Part shown: in pieces, positions 17,953 to 28,460 of the stretch
How positions within the stretch are numbered: position 1 is the stretch's first letter
Layout: every line of letters starts with the position of its first letter
Virus record (IMG/VR): IMGVR_UViG_3300021511_000003
Coordinates: 1 to 64,000 of that record
Direction: 5' to 3' (one strand)
Length of the DNA: 64,000 nt
The notes under the pieces: model-generated
What the model saw: only the letters and a program-made list of their open reading frames with translations
Told to the model about the DNA's origin: nothing
Databases searched by the model: none
Translations under genes and position numbers: made by a program

Positions 17953-20900
17953 TTACTTGATATTACACATAGTTACATCTCTTGCTGCATTAAGACCAGA
18001 AGAAAATTGAATACCTCGACGTCCTGGCCCACCATGATTAACAACTTGATTTGCAGATTTATTAGTTGAAGTTAAAACATTTGTATTTTGTACAATTGCA
18101 GCTGTTGTTTGTGTTTGACCTTTTTCGTAACTTGTGGCCATTCGTTCAGCAAGAGTTTTATATCCAGCTGTTTTTGCTTGAGCTTCTGTCGCCATTTTTG
18201 CTCCACTCATATTAACAATATCTTTTCTTCTTGTTCCATCTGAATAATTATCAATACCAATAATATCATTATATAATTCTTTTTCAATATTATTTAATTG
18301 AGCTTTTTTATCTATTGGTATTTTAGTTGCTTGTATTGTTTTTCTTGTATTGCTACTTTCTTCCAATGCCTGCTCTAATTTATTAGCTAAATTTCCTTCT
18401 TTGATATCTTTGATAGTTCCAATCAATTTCTTAAATATAGTTCCGATTACAGGAAGACTACTAATTTTATTAACAAATTGATCTTTTAAATAAGTATAAG
18501 CTTTTTTCAATCCCACAAGTGGAAACATAGCAGTGAATATAATTTCTTTTACAAGATTGCCATATCGTTTTAATAAATTATCACCGAATATACCTCTTAG
18601 TTTTTTACCAAGCCATTTAAATGGTGTCATAATCCAGTTAACAATTTTTGATACCCACTCTGAAACAAAACTTACTGAGTCTTGTAAAATACCTGGTTTT
18701 GCCATCCAATCATTTATCCATTTTTTGACGTTTCCTAAACCAAATTTTGCAAGTACCCAAACACTTTTTATACCTTCTTTAAATGCTCTAAATGGAAACA
18801 TTGCAATATTCCACATTCCTTTTGCGAGATCTCCAATTGTTGATAATGATTTACTGATACCTTCAGATATTTTCTTACCACCAACGAATCCTAAAACACC
18901 ACCAGCTACTGCACCGATTGCACCACCAATTAATGTACCAATACCAGGCACAACACTACCAATAGCTGCACCCATTGCAGCACCTTTCAATGCACCATGT
19001 GTAGAACCTGCAAGACCAGTTTCTTTTCCGCCAACAAACCCAGCCAACCCACGAATTAAGAAATTACCCATAAATGCTTCTGGGTCTCTGATTGCTTGTA
19101 TGGCATCCCATAACCCCATTCCACCAGCAACAAGACCTCCACCAACAAGACCAGCTGCCGAACCGGCCATTTTTAATCCACCACGGGCCATATAACTAAC
19201 AACCCCTCGTGCTCCACCACCAGCTGCTGCACCTGAAAAACCACCCATATATTTTCCTACTGCACCAAACGGAGATGTGAGGAGTCCTTTTATACCTTTA
19301 CTACCAAGTCCTTTAAATAATGTTCCAAGAGGACCGAGTACTGTTTTAAATACTCTAAAGAATGGTCCTAATAAAAATATTGACATTCCTGCAAGTTTAT
19401 TAAAAATACCAGTGGTAGTTCTTATCAATGTTGAAGCAAAACCAATTAGAATACCAGTCCAACCTTTTCTATCTTTTCTATTTTGTGACAATATCCAAGA
19501 CATCTTCTCTCTAATCCATGAAGATTTCTTGTTTTGTTTGTTTAGTTCATCTAATTTTTTTGAAGATTGTCTACCTTGTTTTCTCATTTCTGCTAAATGT
19601 TTTTGTGTCTTATATTCATTAGAGTAACTCTTTTTATATCTATCTTTTGCTGCTTTTTTAAATGAAATGATACTCTTCTTTATTGATGAAATTGTTTTGA
19701 AAATTGATTTTAAAAATTTATTATTTTTGAGTCTAGATTTTATACCCTCTACTGTTGTTTCATATAAACCTGAAATTTTTTCTTTTGTATCATTTACAAG
19801 CTTATTATTTAATATAGCTTCTTTTGCAGATGTCGCTATATTCTGAGCCATACTTGGAGAATGAGGACCTTCTCTTTCTTCTTGCGCTTCTTTCATTTTA
19901 TTTAGATTTGAAATTTTTTCTGCAATTTTAATCCATAACTTATAAATTGAAGACTCTTCAGCTGCTTTTCCATACCCCTCAAATATTGAACCACCAATAT
20001 TTTGTTTTGATACACCCATATTTCGAAGTATTTTTATTGGATTGAGAAGATTCATAGGGGTATTTATGCCCGCTTCTCTCATAGCATCTCTATCAAGATT
20101 ATACTTTTCAGCGAGGTTATCCATAAATCCTGGTCGTTCACCAATTTTTCTTGAAGTTAAAACTTCTTTAATTTTTCCAAATATTGTATAAGTATATTGT
20201 TTAGGACCTTTTATTTCTTCTCCAACAACAGCTTCTGCTGACGTTTTTGTATAAAGAACTAGTTTATCAAGTTTTGGCATCATATTACTATATATAAGAC
20301 CAAGAAGATTTGATATTCTTAAAAATGCATTGCTAGTACTTGTTGCTTTTCTTACATCACCTGCATACCCACCTCTAACTCCAAAAAGGAATTGCATAGG
20401 CGCAAGAAGACCTGATTTCATTAAATCAGTAAACATAAGCATATTTCTAAATGTAGGATGTTGTAATAAAGTTCTCTGCCATGCAATTGTCAATCGAGAA
20501 GTCATACCAACCATAGCAACTTTTAATTCAAGTATACCTCTTAACAATCTCTTTTGAAATGTTTCCTCATTATCCCCCCGTGCACGTTTATATTCATCCA
20601 CGAATGTTTCTAATATATTATTTGACCTTTTATCTCTTTCAACAACAACTGTTTCTAATCGTATGAGATTTTCAGACATCATTGATAGAGTACTATTTAA
20701 TTTTTTTGAGATATCAGCAGATTTTGCTTCATCAATCTGTTTTAAGATTTTATCAATTGGGGCAACAATTTCAGCTGAATGAACTTCAACAACACCACCT
20801 TCTTTAATATAACCACCATCTTGTAGTTTTGGTGGATTTGCTTCAATTGTTTGTTGAAGTTTTTCTAAATCAGCTATTGATGCATGCTTTTTATCTTGTT

Positions 20901-21495
20901 CTTCACCTTCGATTTTTTTACCTTTTTTGAAAATATTTGCAATACCGCTACCTGCTTTTGACAAGCCTTCGGTCATTGCATTACCAACTTTATCTTTTAT
21001 TTTACGAGCTGCACCTTGAAAAACATCTGTTTCCATGAATTTTGCTGCAAAGAAACCAAAAAGAGGAGTGGCTTTTGCTAAAGACATTGCAACTGTATTA
21101 GTTTTATTTATACTAATATCATCTCCAATTGCTTTACCATATTGTGAAACAGCATCTGCAGTTGCTTTACTTGTATCAATAGTTATATTTTTAACGCCAC
21201 TTGCCAAAGAATTGATTGTTCTTCCTAATCCTTTTAAAACAGTATTATATCCTTGGGCTGTTTCAGCTGTCATATCAGTACGTTCTTGGTCAAGTTGCGT
21301 CATCATTTTTTGTTGTTGTTTAGTAATCGAACTGATCTCAGTTGATATTTGTAACCTTTTCCTATTTTGCTCTTGAACTAAATCGTCAACACTACGATGC
21401 AAACTATTAATACGACGAGCTCTATCACTTGCTATATTTTGACTATTTTCATCAAGTAAGTTTGTTCCTGGTGGTAAATTTTCATTAGCAGCCAT
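17953..21495 (-). CDS. Tail tape measure protein
   Basis: 1180 aa helical protein with a Gly/Ala-rich hydrophobic block (GAAMGAAIGSVVPGIGTLIGGAIG) and W-spaced repeats. Confidence 0.8.
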   Translation of the reverse strand: MAANENLPPGTNLLDENSQNIASDRARRINSLHRSVDDLVQEQNRKRLQISTEISSITKQQQKMMTQLDQERTDMTAETAQGYNTVLKGLGRTINSLASGVKNITIDTSKATADAVSQYGKAIGDDISINKTNTVAMSLAKATPLFGFFAAKFMETDVFQGAARKIKDKVGNAMTEGLSKAGSGIANIFKKGKKIEGEEQDKKHASIADLEKLQQTIEANPPKLQDGGYIKEGGVVEVHSAEIVAPIDKILKQIDEAKSADISKKLNSTLSMMSENLIRLETVVVERDKRSNNILETFVDEYKRARGDNEETFQKRLLRGILELKVAMVGMTSRLTIAWQRTLLQHPTFRNMLMFTDLMKSGLLAPMQFLFGVRGGYAGDVRKATSTSNAFLRISNLLGLIYSNMMPKLDKLVLYTKTSAEAVVGEEIKGPKQYTYTIFGKIKEVLTSRKIGERPGFMDNLAEKYNLDRDAMREAGINTPMNLLNPIKILRNMGVSKQNIGGSIFEGYGKAAEESSIYKLWIKIAEKISNLNKMKEAQEEREGPHSPSMAQNIATSAKEAILNNKLVNDTKEKISGLYETTVEGIKSRLKNNKFLKSIFKTISSIKKSIISFKKAAKDRYKKSYSNEYKTQKHLAEMRKQGRQSSKKLDELNKQNKKSSWIREKMSWILSQNRKDRKGWTGILIGFASTLIRTTTGIFNKLAGMSIFLLGPFFRVFKTVLGPLGTLFKGLGSKGIKGLLTSPFGAVGKYMGGFSGAAAGGGARGVVSYMARGGLKMAGSAAGLVGGGLVAGGMGLWDAIQAIRDPEAFMGNFLIRGLAGFVGGKETGLAGSTHGALKGAAMGAAIGSVVPGIGTLIGGAIGAVAGGVLGFVGGKKISEGISKSLSTIGDLAKGMWNIAMFPFRAFKEGIKSVWVLAKFGLGNVKKWINDWMAKPGILQDSVSFVSEWVSKIVNWIMTPFKWLGKKLRGIFGDNLLKRYGNLVKEIIFTAMFPLVGLKKAYTYLKDQFVNKISSLPVIGTIFKKLIGTIKDIKEGNLANKLEQALEESSNTRKTIQATKIPIDKKAQLNNIEKELYNDIIGIDNYSDGTRRKDIVNMSGAKMATEAQAKTAGYKTLAERMATSYEKGQTQTTAAIVQNTNVLTSTNKSANQVVNHGGPGRRGIQFSSGLNAARDVTMCNIK

Positions 21496-21506
21496 TAAAT
21501 ATCTCC

Positions 21507-22445
21507 TTACAATTTGTTAATCAGCTTATAAACTTTTTGACTTGGACGTTTAACTAATGCAGGCAATGAGATTACCTCTGATGGAGCATATAATTCTTGG
21601 TAACATAATTCTTTTATATGTTTTACATTAATTCCAAATACAGTTTTATATGCTGTATAAAGAGGAGTAATAAATTTTCTATTTACAAATACTACCTTTT
21701 CAATAAGTTGTGGTGAATTTGAAGATATTCCTTTCCAGATAATTTTTATCATTACAATATAGTCTGTAATAAGTTTTTCTATTTCTTCTTTGTTCAATGT
21801 TGTTATATCAGTAAAAGTTTCCAATAGTAGTTTATGATACTGACTTAACATTTTATTTGTTCTTTCTTTTATTTCAATATTTAAATAAATAAACGATATT
21901 AATTTTTGTGTCTGTTTAATATCTAATTTTCCAGACTGTACTGAAAATATTTTTGACCAATAAAAATGATAAAACATTGTCAATTCAGATTTGAATGTTT
22001 GATAAAATTGATTCGGAAATTTATTGGATGATTTATGTATAAGTTCATGTAAAGTTGTTATTGATAATTCATTATTTGATGCAAAACCAAATATATTTAC
22101 ATCATTATCAACAAATACTAAAATATATTTACCCATTGTAAAACCAGCGTACCCTTTAAATTCCGGAGGTTGTCTTTTTAACAATACCTTATATATTTTA
22201 TCTGTCAAATAACAAGGGAAAAATTCTCCTTTTTTCATCAATTTAACCAGTGTTTTAACAATAGGAGCAACTCGTGAAGTCTTACCCATAGCTTTAATGA
22301 AGTTTTGTTTTAATAAAACAGAACTATATATGTTTACACCACCCATATTTAAAACGAGACGAAGATCTCCTTTTGGTGCAGCAAACATTTCATTAATATG
22401 TGTAATTTGATCTCCCATATTTAACATCTCCTTAATTTTTTTCAT
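21507..22445 (-). CDS. Putative zincin metallopeptidase
   Basis: TLHELIH (HExxH) with a downstream SEV glutamate candidate. Confidence 0.55.
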   Translation of the reverse strand: MKKIKEMLNMGDQITHINEMFAAPKGDLRLVLNMGGVNIYSSVLLKQNFIKAMGKTSRVAPIVKTLVKLMKKGEFFPCYLTDKIYKVLLKRQPPEFKGYAGFTMGKYILVFVDNDVNIFGFASNNELSITTLHELIHKSSNKFPNQFYQTFKSELTMFYHFYWSKIFSVQSGKLDIKQTQKLISFIYLNIEIKERTNKMLSQYHKLLLETFTDITTLNKEEIEKLITDYIVMIKIIWKGISSNSPQLIEKVVFVNRKFITPLYTAYKTVFGINVKHIKELCYQELYAPSEVISLPALVKRPSQKVYKLINKL

Positions 22446-24084
22446 ATAAACTTAATATATCTATAAATCCACCCATTTCTTCTATATGTTTTTGTACATG
22501 CCCCATAACGCCTTCATTTGTAAAATTATTTGGCACATCACTATTACTAGAAATAATACTTGCCATTTCATTTGTAATCGCTGAGAATTCTTGTGTATCT
22601 ATCATCAATGGAGGATCATATTTTCTTACATAATGTACACATGATGTGGCTAGCGCCAAGTCATCGTGACATCCTGTATCTGCTTCAACTCTACCATTTG
22701 TTTTAGTAACAAGCCCAATTAATTCTAGTACTAATCTTTCAGATTTAATACATTCAGGATATTGTGTTGTGTATGAATATAATGAATCAATCATTAATGG
22801 TCTTGTTTTTGAATTTGTTGAAAGGCCCGGAAGTACAGTTTGCTTCCCACGTTTTTCTTTATAAATCATAAAGGAAAATTCACTGTTATTTAATTGCTCA
22901 ACAACTTGATTACCATATGAATTTGATTCAACAACAATCATTCCACTATATTGTTGTGCTAGAACTTTAATAACTTTGACATAATCCAGTACCTTACATT
23001 TTCCTTGATATTCAGCTACCTGTTCGAGAGTCTCATAATCCCACACTGTAGCTGCCGATTTATCTTCACCATGTTCAGGAGCTGTATCGACGCCCATTAT
23101 ATAGTATCTACCGGGTATTGGATTTTTAAATTTCCACAATTCTCCGTTAAATAGTTTCAATCTTTCAATTGGTTCTGTTACTGAATTTTGTAGCGCCTCA
23201 ACTGTATCAGTTTCAAAGAATGAACCTTCTGTTGGTAGGAATTTTAATTCCAATTCCTGTGCAATTTTGCGTTGGTCACCATCAAATAATCTACATTGAG
23301 TCTTATACCAATCCGGATCATCAGCTAATTCAGGAATCATTTTCCAATGAATCACAAATGGTTCAAAAATATCATCTCTTGATACTGCTTTCATATATCG
23401 TTGAAAATACCATTCCCCAATACCATTGGTTTTATTTGGAGTAGATAAAACAACTGTTCCATATGGTACTTGTGCTTTCTTAGCTTGCATCTGGTTTGTA
23501 GAAAGTGCTGGCACAAGTGAAGTCCAAGCTGTATCAATGTGATGAACGAATGCTGCCTCATCAATTACAAGAAAAGTGATAGCTTTACCACGAAGAGTTT
23601 TATCTGGAGCATTTGGATTAACAGGTGATGCAAATACTTTACTTCCATTTGTAAGAATGAATGATTGCTCTGTTCTTTTTGAGAAACCTCTTCCTAAAGG
23701 TCCTTTTGGTGGTTTCATCCAATTGGGTAACTTTTCAACCATACCTCTAATTGCACGAGCAAAATCAGTGGCTTCTTTTCCATCCTTTGAAATAATACCG
23801 ATAACAGCATTATCAAAAAATACAGTTAACCATGCAGAATATGCCTGGATAATTGTTGATATTCCTATCTGACGACTCTTTAGAACGAGTACGTAATGTT
23901 TTTTTTCAATGAGGTTGACAAGTTCAACCTGTTTTCGATATGGTTTTAAGTTTACATCTCGTCCCGGTATTTCGATTAAAACATAATTGCGACAAAAGTG
24001 GTCAAAATCAGCCTTACATTTTAGGTATTCCGAAAGATACTCATCAGCTTTTCCCTTAACTTCAGAGGCTTGTAATCTTGGCAT
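22432..24084 (-). CDS. terL: Terminase large subunit (T4 gp17-like)
   Basis: KSRQIGIST (Walker A), LRG...VIDEAAF (Walker B), STPN, MGVDTA and HDDL nuclease motifs. Confidence 0.93.
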   Translation of the reverse strand: MPRLQASEVKGKADEYLSEYLKCKADFDHFCRNYVLIEIPGRDVNLKPYRKQVELVNLIEKKHYVLVLKSRQIGISTIIQAYSAWLTVFFDNAVIGIISKDGKEATDFARAIRGMVEKLPNWMKPPKGPLGRGFSKRTEQSFILTNGSKVFASPVNPNAPDKTLRGKAITFLVIDEAAFVHHIDTAWTSLVPALSTNQMQAKKAQVPYGTVVLSTPNKTNGIGEWYFQRYMKAVSRDDIFEPFVIHWKMIPELADDPDWYKTQCRLFDGDQRKIAQELELKFLPTEGSFFETDTVEALQNSVTEPIERLKLFNGELWKFKNPIPGRYYIMGVDTAPEHGEDKSAATVWDYETLEQVAEYQGKCKVLDYVKVIKVLAQQYSGMIVVESNSYGNQVVEQLNNSEFSFMIYKEKRGKQTVLPGLSTNSKTRPLMIDSLYSYTTQYPECIKSERLVLELIGLVTKTNGRVEADTGCHDDLALATSCVHYVRKYDPPLMIDTQEFSAITNEMASIISSNSDVPNNFTNEGVMGHVQKHIEEMGGFIDILSLYEKN

Positions 24085-24085
24085 A

Positions 24086-25024
24086 TTATTCCTTTTTACA
24101 TTTTATAATAGATAATTTTTGAGTGTTGCATTCTGTTTCTTTTTTATGACCATATTTATAATGACACTTCTTACAAACAGCTATTGTATAATCAGGATCA
24201 AGTGCAAAAAATGGTTCTAATTTTTTTGGTTTTATATGATGAACTTCTGTTGCTTTTTTACCACAATATTGACAAGTATAATTATATCTTGTCATTACAA
24301 ATTGATTAAGAGTATGGAGTTCACTTGAACTATATGTGAATTTATCATCTTCTTCTGTTTTATATGGATCATTTCTTAGTCTATATAATGGACATTCATT
24401 TTTACATTCTTCACAACAATAAAAATAACTTCCACCGTTACCTTTTTCTAATTGTCTTATTCTTTCATAAAGTTGAATATAAGTTGGTGTAAACCAACCA
24501 CCTTGTTCTTTAGAATTCGAGCAATTGTGATTTTTACATCTAACTTGAATTTCTTTTACATCAATATTAATAGGGTTATAACGCATTTCTTCAATTTTAG
24601 AAAAAAACGGATATCTTTTATTAATAACTTTTATTGTCATCCTTCTATTTTCATATACACTTTGTTTATATTTTTTTCCTTTGGCATTCACATTTCCTTT
24701 TAAAGCTTTTTGTAGTTTTTCTTTTGTCTCTTTATTAATTATTTTTCCTTTGTGGGAATCACTAATTTTTTGTTTGTGTATTTCTGTTAATTTTTGATGA
24801 TGCCAATAATTTTTTATTCCTGAATGTGACTCTTTCATTTTTTTTAAAGTTTCTTCTGAGTATATATTAGTCTTTCCTTTATTCCATGGAATATACTTTT
24901 TCATCTTTACGCTTATTTTACGTTTTACTTCGGGGCAATGATTATAATTTTTACTACAACACCATTTTCCATTTTTAAATTGGTAGTTTACTTCTTGACC
25001 ACATCCATAGTCACACTTTGGCAT
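24086..25024 (-). CDS. HNH homing endonuclease with NUMOD3-like repeats
   Basis: PWNKGK...YSEETLKKMKESH, KISDSHKGK; C-terminal CQYCG...VHHIKP...CKKCH. Confidence 0.85.
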   Translation of the reverse strand: MPKCDYGCGQEVNYQFKNGKWCCSKNYNHCPEVKRKISVKMKKYIPWNKGKTNIYSEETLKKMKESHSGIKNYWHHQKLTEIHKQKISDSHKGKIINKETKEKLQKALKGNVNAKGKKYKQSVYENRRMTIKVINKRYPFFSKIEEMRYNPINIDVKEIQVRCKNHNCSNSKEQGGWFTPTYIQLYERIRQLEKGNGGSYFYCCEECKNECPLYRLRNDPYKTEEDDKFTYSSSELHTLNQFVMTRYNYTCQYCGKKATEVHHIKPKKLEPFFALDPDYTIAVCKKCHYKYGHKKETECNTQKLSIIKCKKE

Positions 25025-25036
25025 ACTACACTCCTT

Positions 25037-25050
25037 TATTTTTTGTTCTA
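25037..25050 (-). promoter_or_regulatory. Motif B copy (TAGAACAAAAAATA)
   Basis: Upstream of the HNH-terminase-tape measure operon. Confidence 0.5.
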
Positions 25051-25070
25051 AATTAGTATATATATCTCAA

Positions 25071-25092
25071 GTTATATATATTAATAAATGAA
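25071..25092 (+). promoter_or_regulatory. Motif A copy (GTTATATATATTAATAAATGAA)
   Basis: 20/22 identical to 7457-7478. Confidence 0.55.
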
Positions 25093-25112
25093 TATAAAGA
25101 ATGGTTTTTAAC

Positions 25113-25147
25113 ATCGGGAAAGGAGAATCGGGAAAGGAGAATCGGGA
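25113..25147 (+). repeat. 14-bp tandem repeat ATCGGGAAAGGAGA x2.5
   Basis: Read directly: 25113-25126, 25127-25140, partial 25141-25147. Confidence 0.9.
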
Positions 25148-25239
25148 TATGCAAAATGTAAAGACTAGGAAATGTTACACACAACGAAAATTAAACATTT
25201 ATTTTTTTAAACTTTGCTGACGTGATAATAATAGTGAAT

Positions 25240-25256
25240 ATAGGGCGTTGCCCTAT
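25240..25256. terminator. Hairpin ATAGGGC-GTT-GCCCTAT at the stop of the 25253-26530 gene
   Basis: 7-bp stem with AT-rich flanks. Confidence 0.5.
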
Positions 25257-26530
25257 TTCTTTTTGTTTGTTCTAATTAAGTTTACTACCGCGGTTGTTTC
25301 CCAATCTTTTTTTCTTTCGAATGAAACCTCTGAACTCCACAAGATATATTTTCCTTCAAAATCTTGATATTCTATTGTCATTGGTTTAAATTTTACACAT
25401 TCACCAACATCAATTAAATTCAATACTGGTAAATTTCTTTCTATATTTATTGAAATGCTTGATAAATCACCAACTGTTCTTGCATATCTCGAATTAAATA
25501 TTATCTCATTTTCATCAAACCCTGTATCTTCATTATAATATCTTACTCGATCTGCTGATGAATCTATATTTAATTGTGGGGGTAATCCTTGTGATGAATA
25601 AATTAATGAATAATCTTTTGCAACATCTTTCAATTCTTGTGTTATTGTTTTTGTAAGTTTGTTTTTTGGTCTTATTAAATGTTTTAATGTAGTTCCTAAC
25701 TTCGCAAATTTTGCATTACCTGAATAGTCTGTCTCAATTGCATCATATGTGTAAAATGTTTTTCCTTTCATAGCTTCTTGTAATATTTTATTTGACTCTT
25801 GTTTTTCTTGATAATTTGCTATTTGATATATTGTAAAAGTTTGATCTTTTTTAAACTTGTCGGTTAAATTTTTTATATAAACTGTATTATCATGTTGACA
25901 AAACACTCCTGGTACTCCATCAAATAAACCAAATCGTTGATCTAAATATCCATCAAATACATCCGGATCATTTCTTGTATGCTCTTTAATGATTTTATAA
26001 AATGTTGTTGGTGGAATACAAACTTGACTAATTACTTTTTTATTTTGATTTTTCTTATCATATTCTAAAGTTGCTCCAACATCACCTGCTAATTCATCTA
26101 GAATCTCGGGTATTTTTTTTCCAATAAAAACTTTATTAACAAGAGTGTTCATTGTTTTATAGGCTTCTCTTGCTACAGTGACAATTGTAAGTACAGTTCT
26201 ATCTTTATCAGGAATCTTTGACATTTTTTCTTTTTGTATAAGTTGAAAAGATGATGTGATATACATTAATTCAATATCAATTGATGGTCCTGAAACTGTA
26301 TATTCTCTATTCAAAGTAATTTGTAGTTTAATTGGTTCACCACCAAAAATATCTTCAATGATTACATCAGTCGGATCAATAAGCATAGATAAAGTTATTA
26401 CCTGATATGCACTTGATAATGACGATCCGATTACAACATTTATCATTTCATTTGAGTAATCCAGATCTTTAATTTTTACCTGGATTTCATATAGTTGTCT
26501 TGGGACAAACACTTTTTTAGTTTCTGGCAT
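25253..26530 (-). CDS. Putative baseplate hub / tail protein (gp27/gpD-like)
   Basis: Size and layout of hub proteins; C-terminal IDVGECVKF...EGKYILWSSEV; preceded by motif B. Confidence 0.5.
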   Translation of the reverse strand: MPETKKVFVPRQLYEIQVKIKDLDYSNEMINVVIGSSLSSAYQVITLSMLIDPTDVIIEDIFGGEPIKLQITLNREYTVSGPSIDIELMYITSSFQLIQKEKMSKIPDKDRTVLTIVTVAREAYKTMNTLVNKVFIGKKIPEILDELAGDVGATLEYDKKNQNKKVISQVCIPPTTFYKIIKEHTRNDPDVFDGYLDQRFGLFDGVPGVFCQHDNTVYIKNLTDKFKKDQTFTIYQIANYQEKQESNKILQEAMKGKTFYTYDAIETDYSGNAKFAKLGTTLKHLIRPKNKLTKTITQELKDVAKDYSLIYSSQGLPPQLNIDSSADRVRYYNEDTGFDENEIIFNSRYARTVGDLSSISINIERNLPVLNLIDVGECVKFKPMTIEYQDFEGKYILWSSEVSFERKKDWETTAVVNLIRTNKKK

Positions 26531-26543
26531 TACACATATCCTT

Positions 26544-26558
26544 TATTTTTTTGTTCCA
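26544..26558 (-). promoter_or_regulatory. Motif B variant (TGGAACAAAAAAATA)
   Basis: Immediately upstream of the RBS of the hub-like gene. Confidence 0.4.
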
Positions 26559-26669
26559 AAAAAAAATATATAAAAATATGAAGAATGGGATAATAATCTT
26601 AACCAGGTGACCGAACCCAATTAAGTTCCCATCCTTCACTTAACAAAAGGAGTAATCCACAATGTGGAT

Positions 26670-27593
26670 TTATGATGACTGAAGTTGGTCTAATACTTCA
26701 TACATCCGAGGTGGAATAACAAGTACAGCTTCCGCAGCATTTTCCAATAGTCTTTTAATATTCAAATTGGCTTCAAAACTACTATACCGTACAATTGCTA
26801 AAAAGATGTTCCATACTGATGGCATACCACCTGTTGGAGTCATCTCTGATAGAAGAGTAGATACAGCTTCTCTTCTTTTTTTACCGAACCCTTCAATAAC
26901 ATCAAGGGTGGACATCATATCATCTTCGGTTAATGTGGTATTAAAACTTTGAGTAATCATGTCAAAGATATTATCTGTAAATACCGCCATATATGAATTG
27001 ACAGCAGAAGTCATACTTGTTGTTGAACTTTCAACATGAACCTGACGAATTTCACCTAAACTAAAACCAAATGTACATCTTTGACTGTTATAATCCATAG
27101 TAATACCAAAAGAAATAGATGCCGCTTTTGTTCCGTTGTAACTATTGTTCACAATCATAACAGGAAGAATATCACCAACATTTACTACATTTTGTGAACT
27201 CTGAATGATAATTTCATTCCTTAGTTGTGTAAGAAAATAATCAGAAACAGCATTCTCTGTCATAATCGGCATACCAACTTCTGTAATTGCATCCCTGATT
27301 TTTTGATTGAGTACATCATTTCCCATAAATTTGTATAATTGTGAAACGTACCCTGCATGTTTATATTCTTCCCATTCAGGAGATTTTGTATAAATAGCTA
27401 TTTTGGGAACTTCAAGCCCATCTGTTGGGTGAATATTTGGATCTTCAAGATTTAATAATTGAGTTGCAAGTTGTCTATATACAACTTCGCCATATCTATC
27501 ACTGTATGAAAATAGACCTTTTTCAGCAAGAGAAGTATCAAGCCCCATTGCTTCAGCTCTTTCACTAAATGGTGTCATATTTTCCCCTTTCAA
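26670..27593 (-). CDS. DUF932-like protein
   Basis: IVNNSYNGTKAASISFG resembles the DUF932 NS(H/Y)DG motif; C-terminal SVWNIF. Confidence 0.45.
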   Translation of the reverse strand: MKGENMTPFSERAEAMGLDTSLAEKGLFSYSDRYGEVVYRQLATQLLNLEDPNIHPTDGLEVPKIAIYTKSPEWEEYKHAGYVSQLYKFMGNDVLNQKIRDAITEVGMPIMTENAVSDYFLTQLRNEIIIQSSQNVVNVGDILPVMIVNNSYNGTKAASISFGITMDYNSQRCTFGFSLGEIRQVHVESSTTSMTSAVNSYMAVFTDNIFDMITQSFNTTLTEDDMMSTLDVIEGFGKKRREAVSTLLSEMTPTGGMPSVWNIFLAIVRYSSFEANLNIKRLLENAAEAVLVIPPRMYEVLDQLQSS

Positions 27594-27852
27594 TTACTTT
27601 GTTAATTGCTGTTTTTATTTTTGTTTGCATCCCTGCCTGAAATAGTTTTAAACGACCGTTAAATAAATGTTCAGTTAAAATAAGTGATAAAATTTCAACC
27701 AATTCTTCAGTTGTATTCTTACCATGCTGACCATATCTATTTTTATAAATATCAATACCATGTATATGATCTAAAAATATTATGATGTCTGCACTATACA
27801 CTTTTTCATTTAATGTTGGTCGTTTAATTTTATAAGAACGTTCTGAACTCAT
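27565..27852 (-). CDS. Small hypothetical protein resembling a DnaB helicase C-terminal fragment
   Basis: KRPTL...ADIIIFL...IYKNRYGQHG echoes DnaB KRP...DADLIMFI...KQRNGP. Confidence 0.35.
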   Translation of the reverse strand: MSSERSYKIKRPTLNEKVYSADIIIFLDHIHGIDIYKNRYGQHGKNTTEELVEILSLILTEHLFNGRLKLFQAGMQTKIKTAINKVIERGKYDTI

Positions 27853-28448
27853 TAGATTCTTTTCGCCTTGAATCTGAGATATATATTACGTCCATCGAAT
27901 GAATAATTTTGATCAATTTCTTTTATTACAAATCGTCCTTCCATTTGAAAGAAATGAATTGCTCTGTCGGCAGTCCATATTGAAGCATGTGGGCATCCCG
28001 GTTCATTAACAAGTTCGGTTGTAAGAAGAATATTATTCTTTTCAAAATCAGGATGGTTAACTTTTTCATCAAGTAGCATTTGAGCAAGAATTCTATAATT
28101 CGGAACAATTATATCAATCAATCCTCCCTTCCGAATAACAGTTGATAATAAATATATAAAATACATTATTCTATCGAATGGAATATGTTCAAGAAATCTG
28201 TATAAGCATATCCTATCGAATTGTATGGTTGTTCGTTCCATAAATTCAAATGCATCTTTATTACAATAATATTTAACATTACACCGATCACCATCACTAT
28301 ACCACTTAGAAAGATCTGTCTCAATTAATTCAGGTGCAGTAGATCTATAATATGACGTATCCAAATTGACCAATGCGTATGATGCTAATTCTTCAACATC
28401 CTTCAATATCGGTTTGAGTTTCCCTGCTGCTATGTTTAATATAAGCAT
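27852..28448 (-). CDS. Class I SAM-dependent methyltransferase-like protein
   Basis: LNIAAG motif I, VNLD, FLEHI, IRKGG...VPN. Confidence 0.7.
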   Translation of the reverse strand: MLILNIAAGKLKPILKDVEELASYALVNLDTSYYRSTAPELIETDLSKWYSDGDRCNVKYYCNKDAFEFMERTTIQFDRICLYRFLEHIPFDRIMYFIYLLSTVIRKGGLIDIIVPNYRILAQMLLDEKVNHPDFEKNNILLTTELVNEPGCPHASIWTADRAIHFFQMEGRFVIKEIDQNYSFDGRNIYLRFKAKRI

Positions 28449-28460
28449 ATTTTATCCTTA

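Noticed and set aside
26580-26665. Imperfect stem GAAGAATGGGA/TCCCATCCTTC and ATCCAC/GTGGAT hairpin as an ncRNA
   Set aside because: It is short and adequately explained as a terminator or processing structure after the DUF932-like gene.
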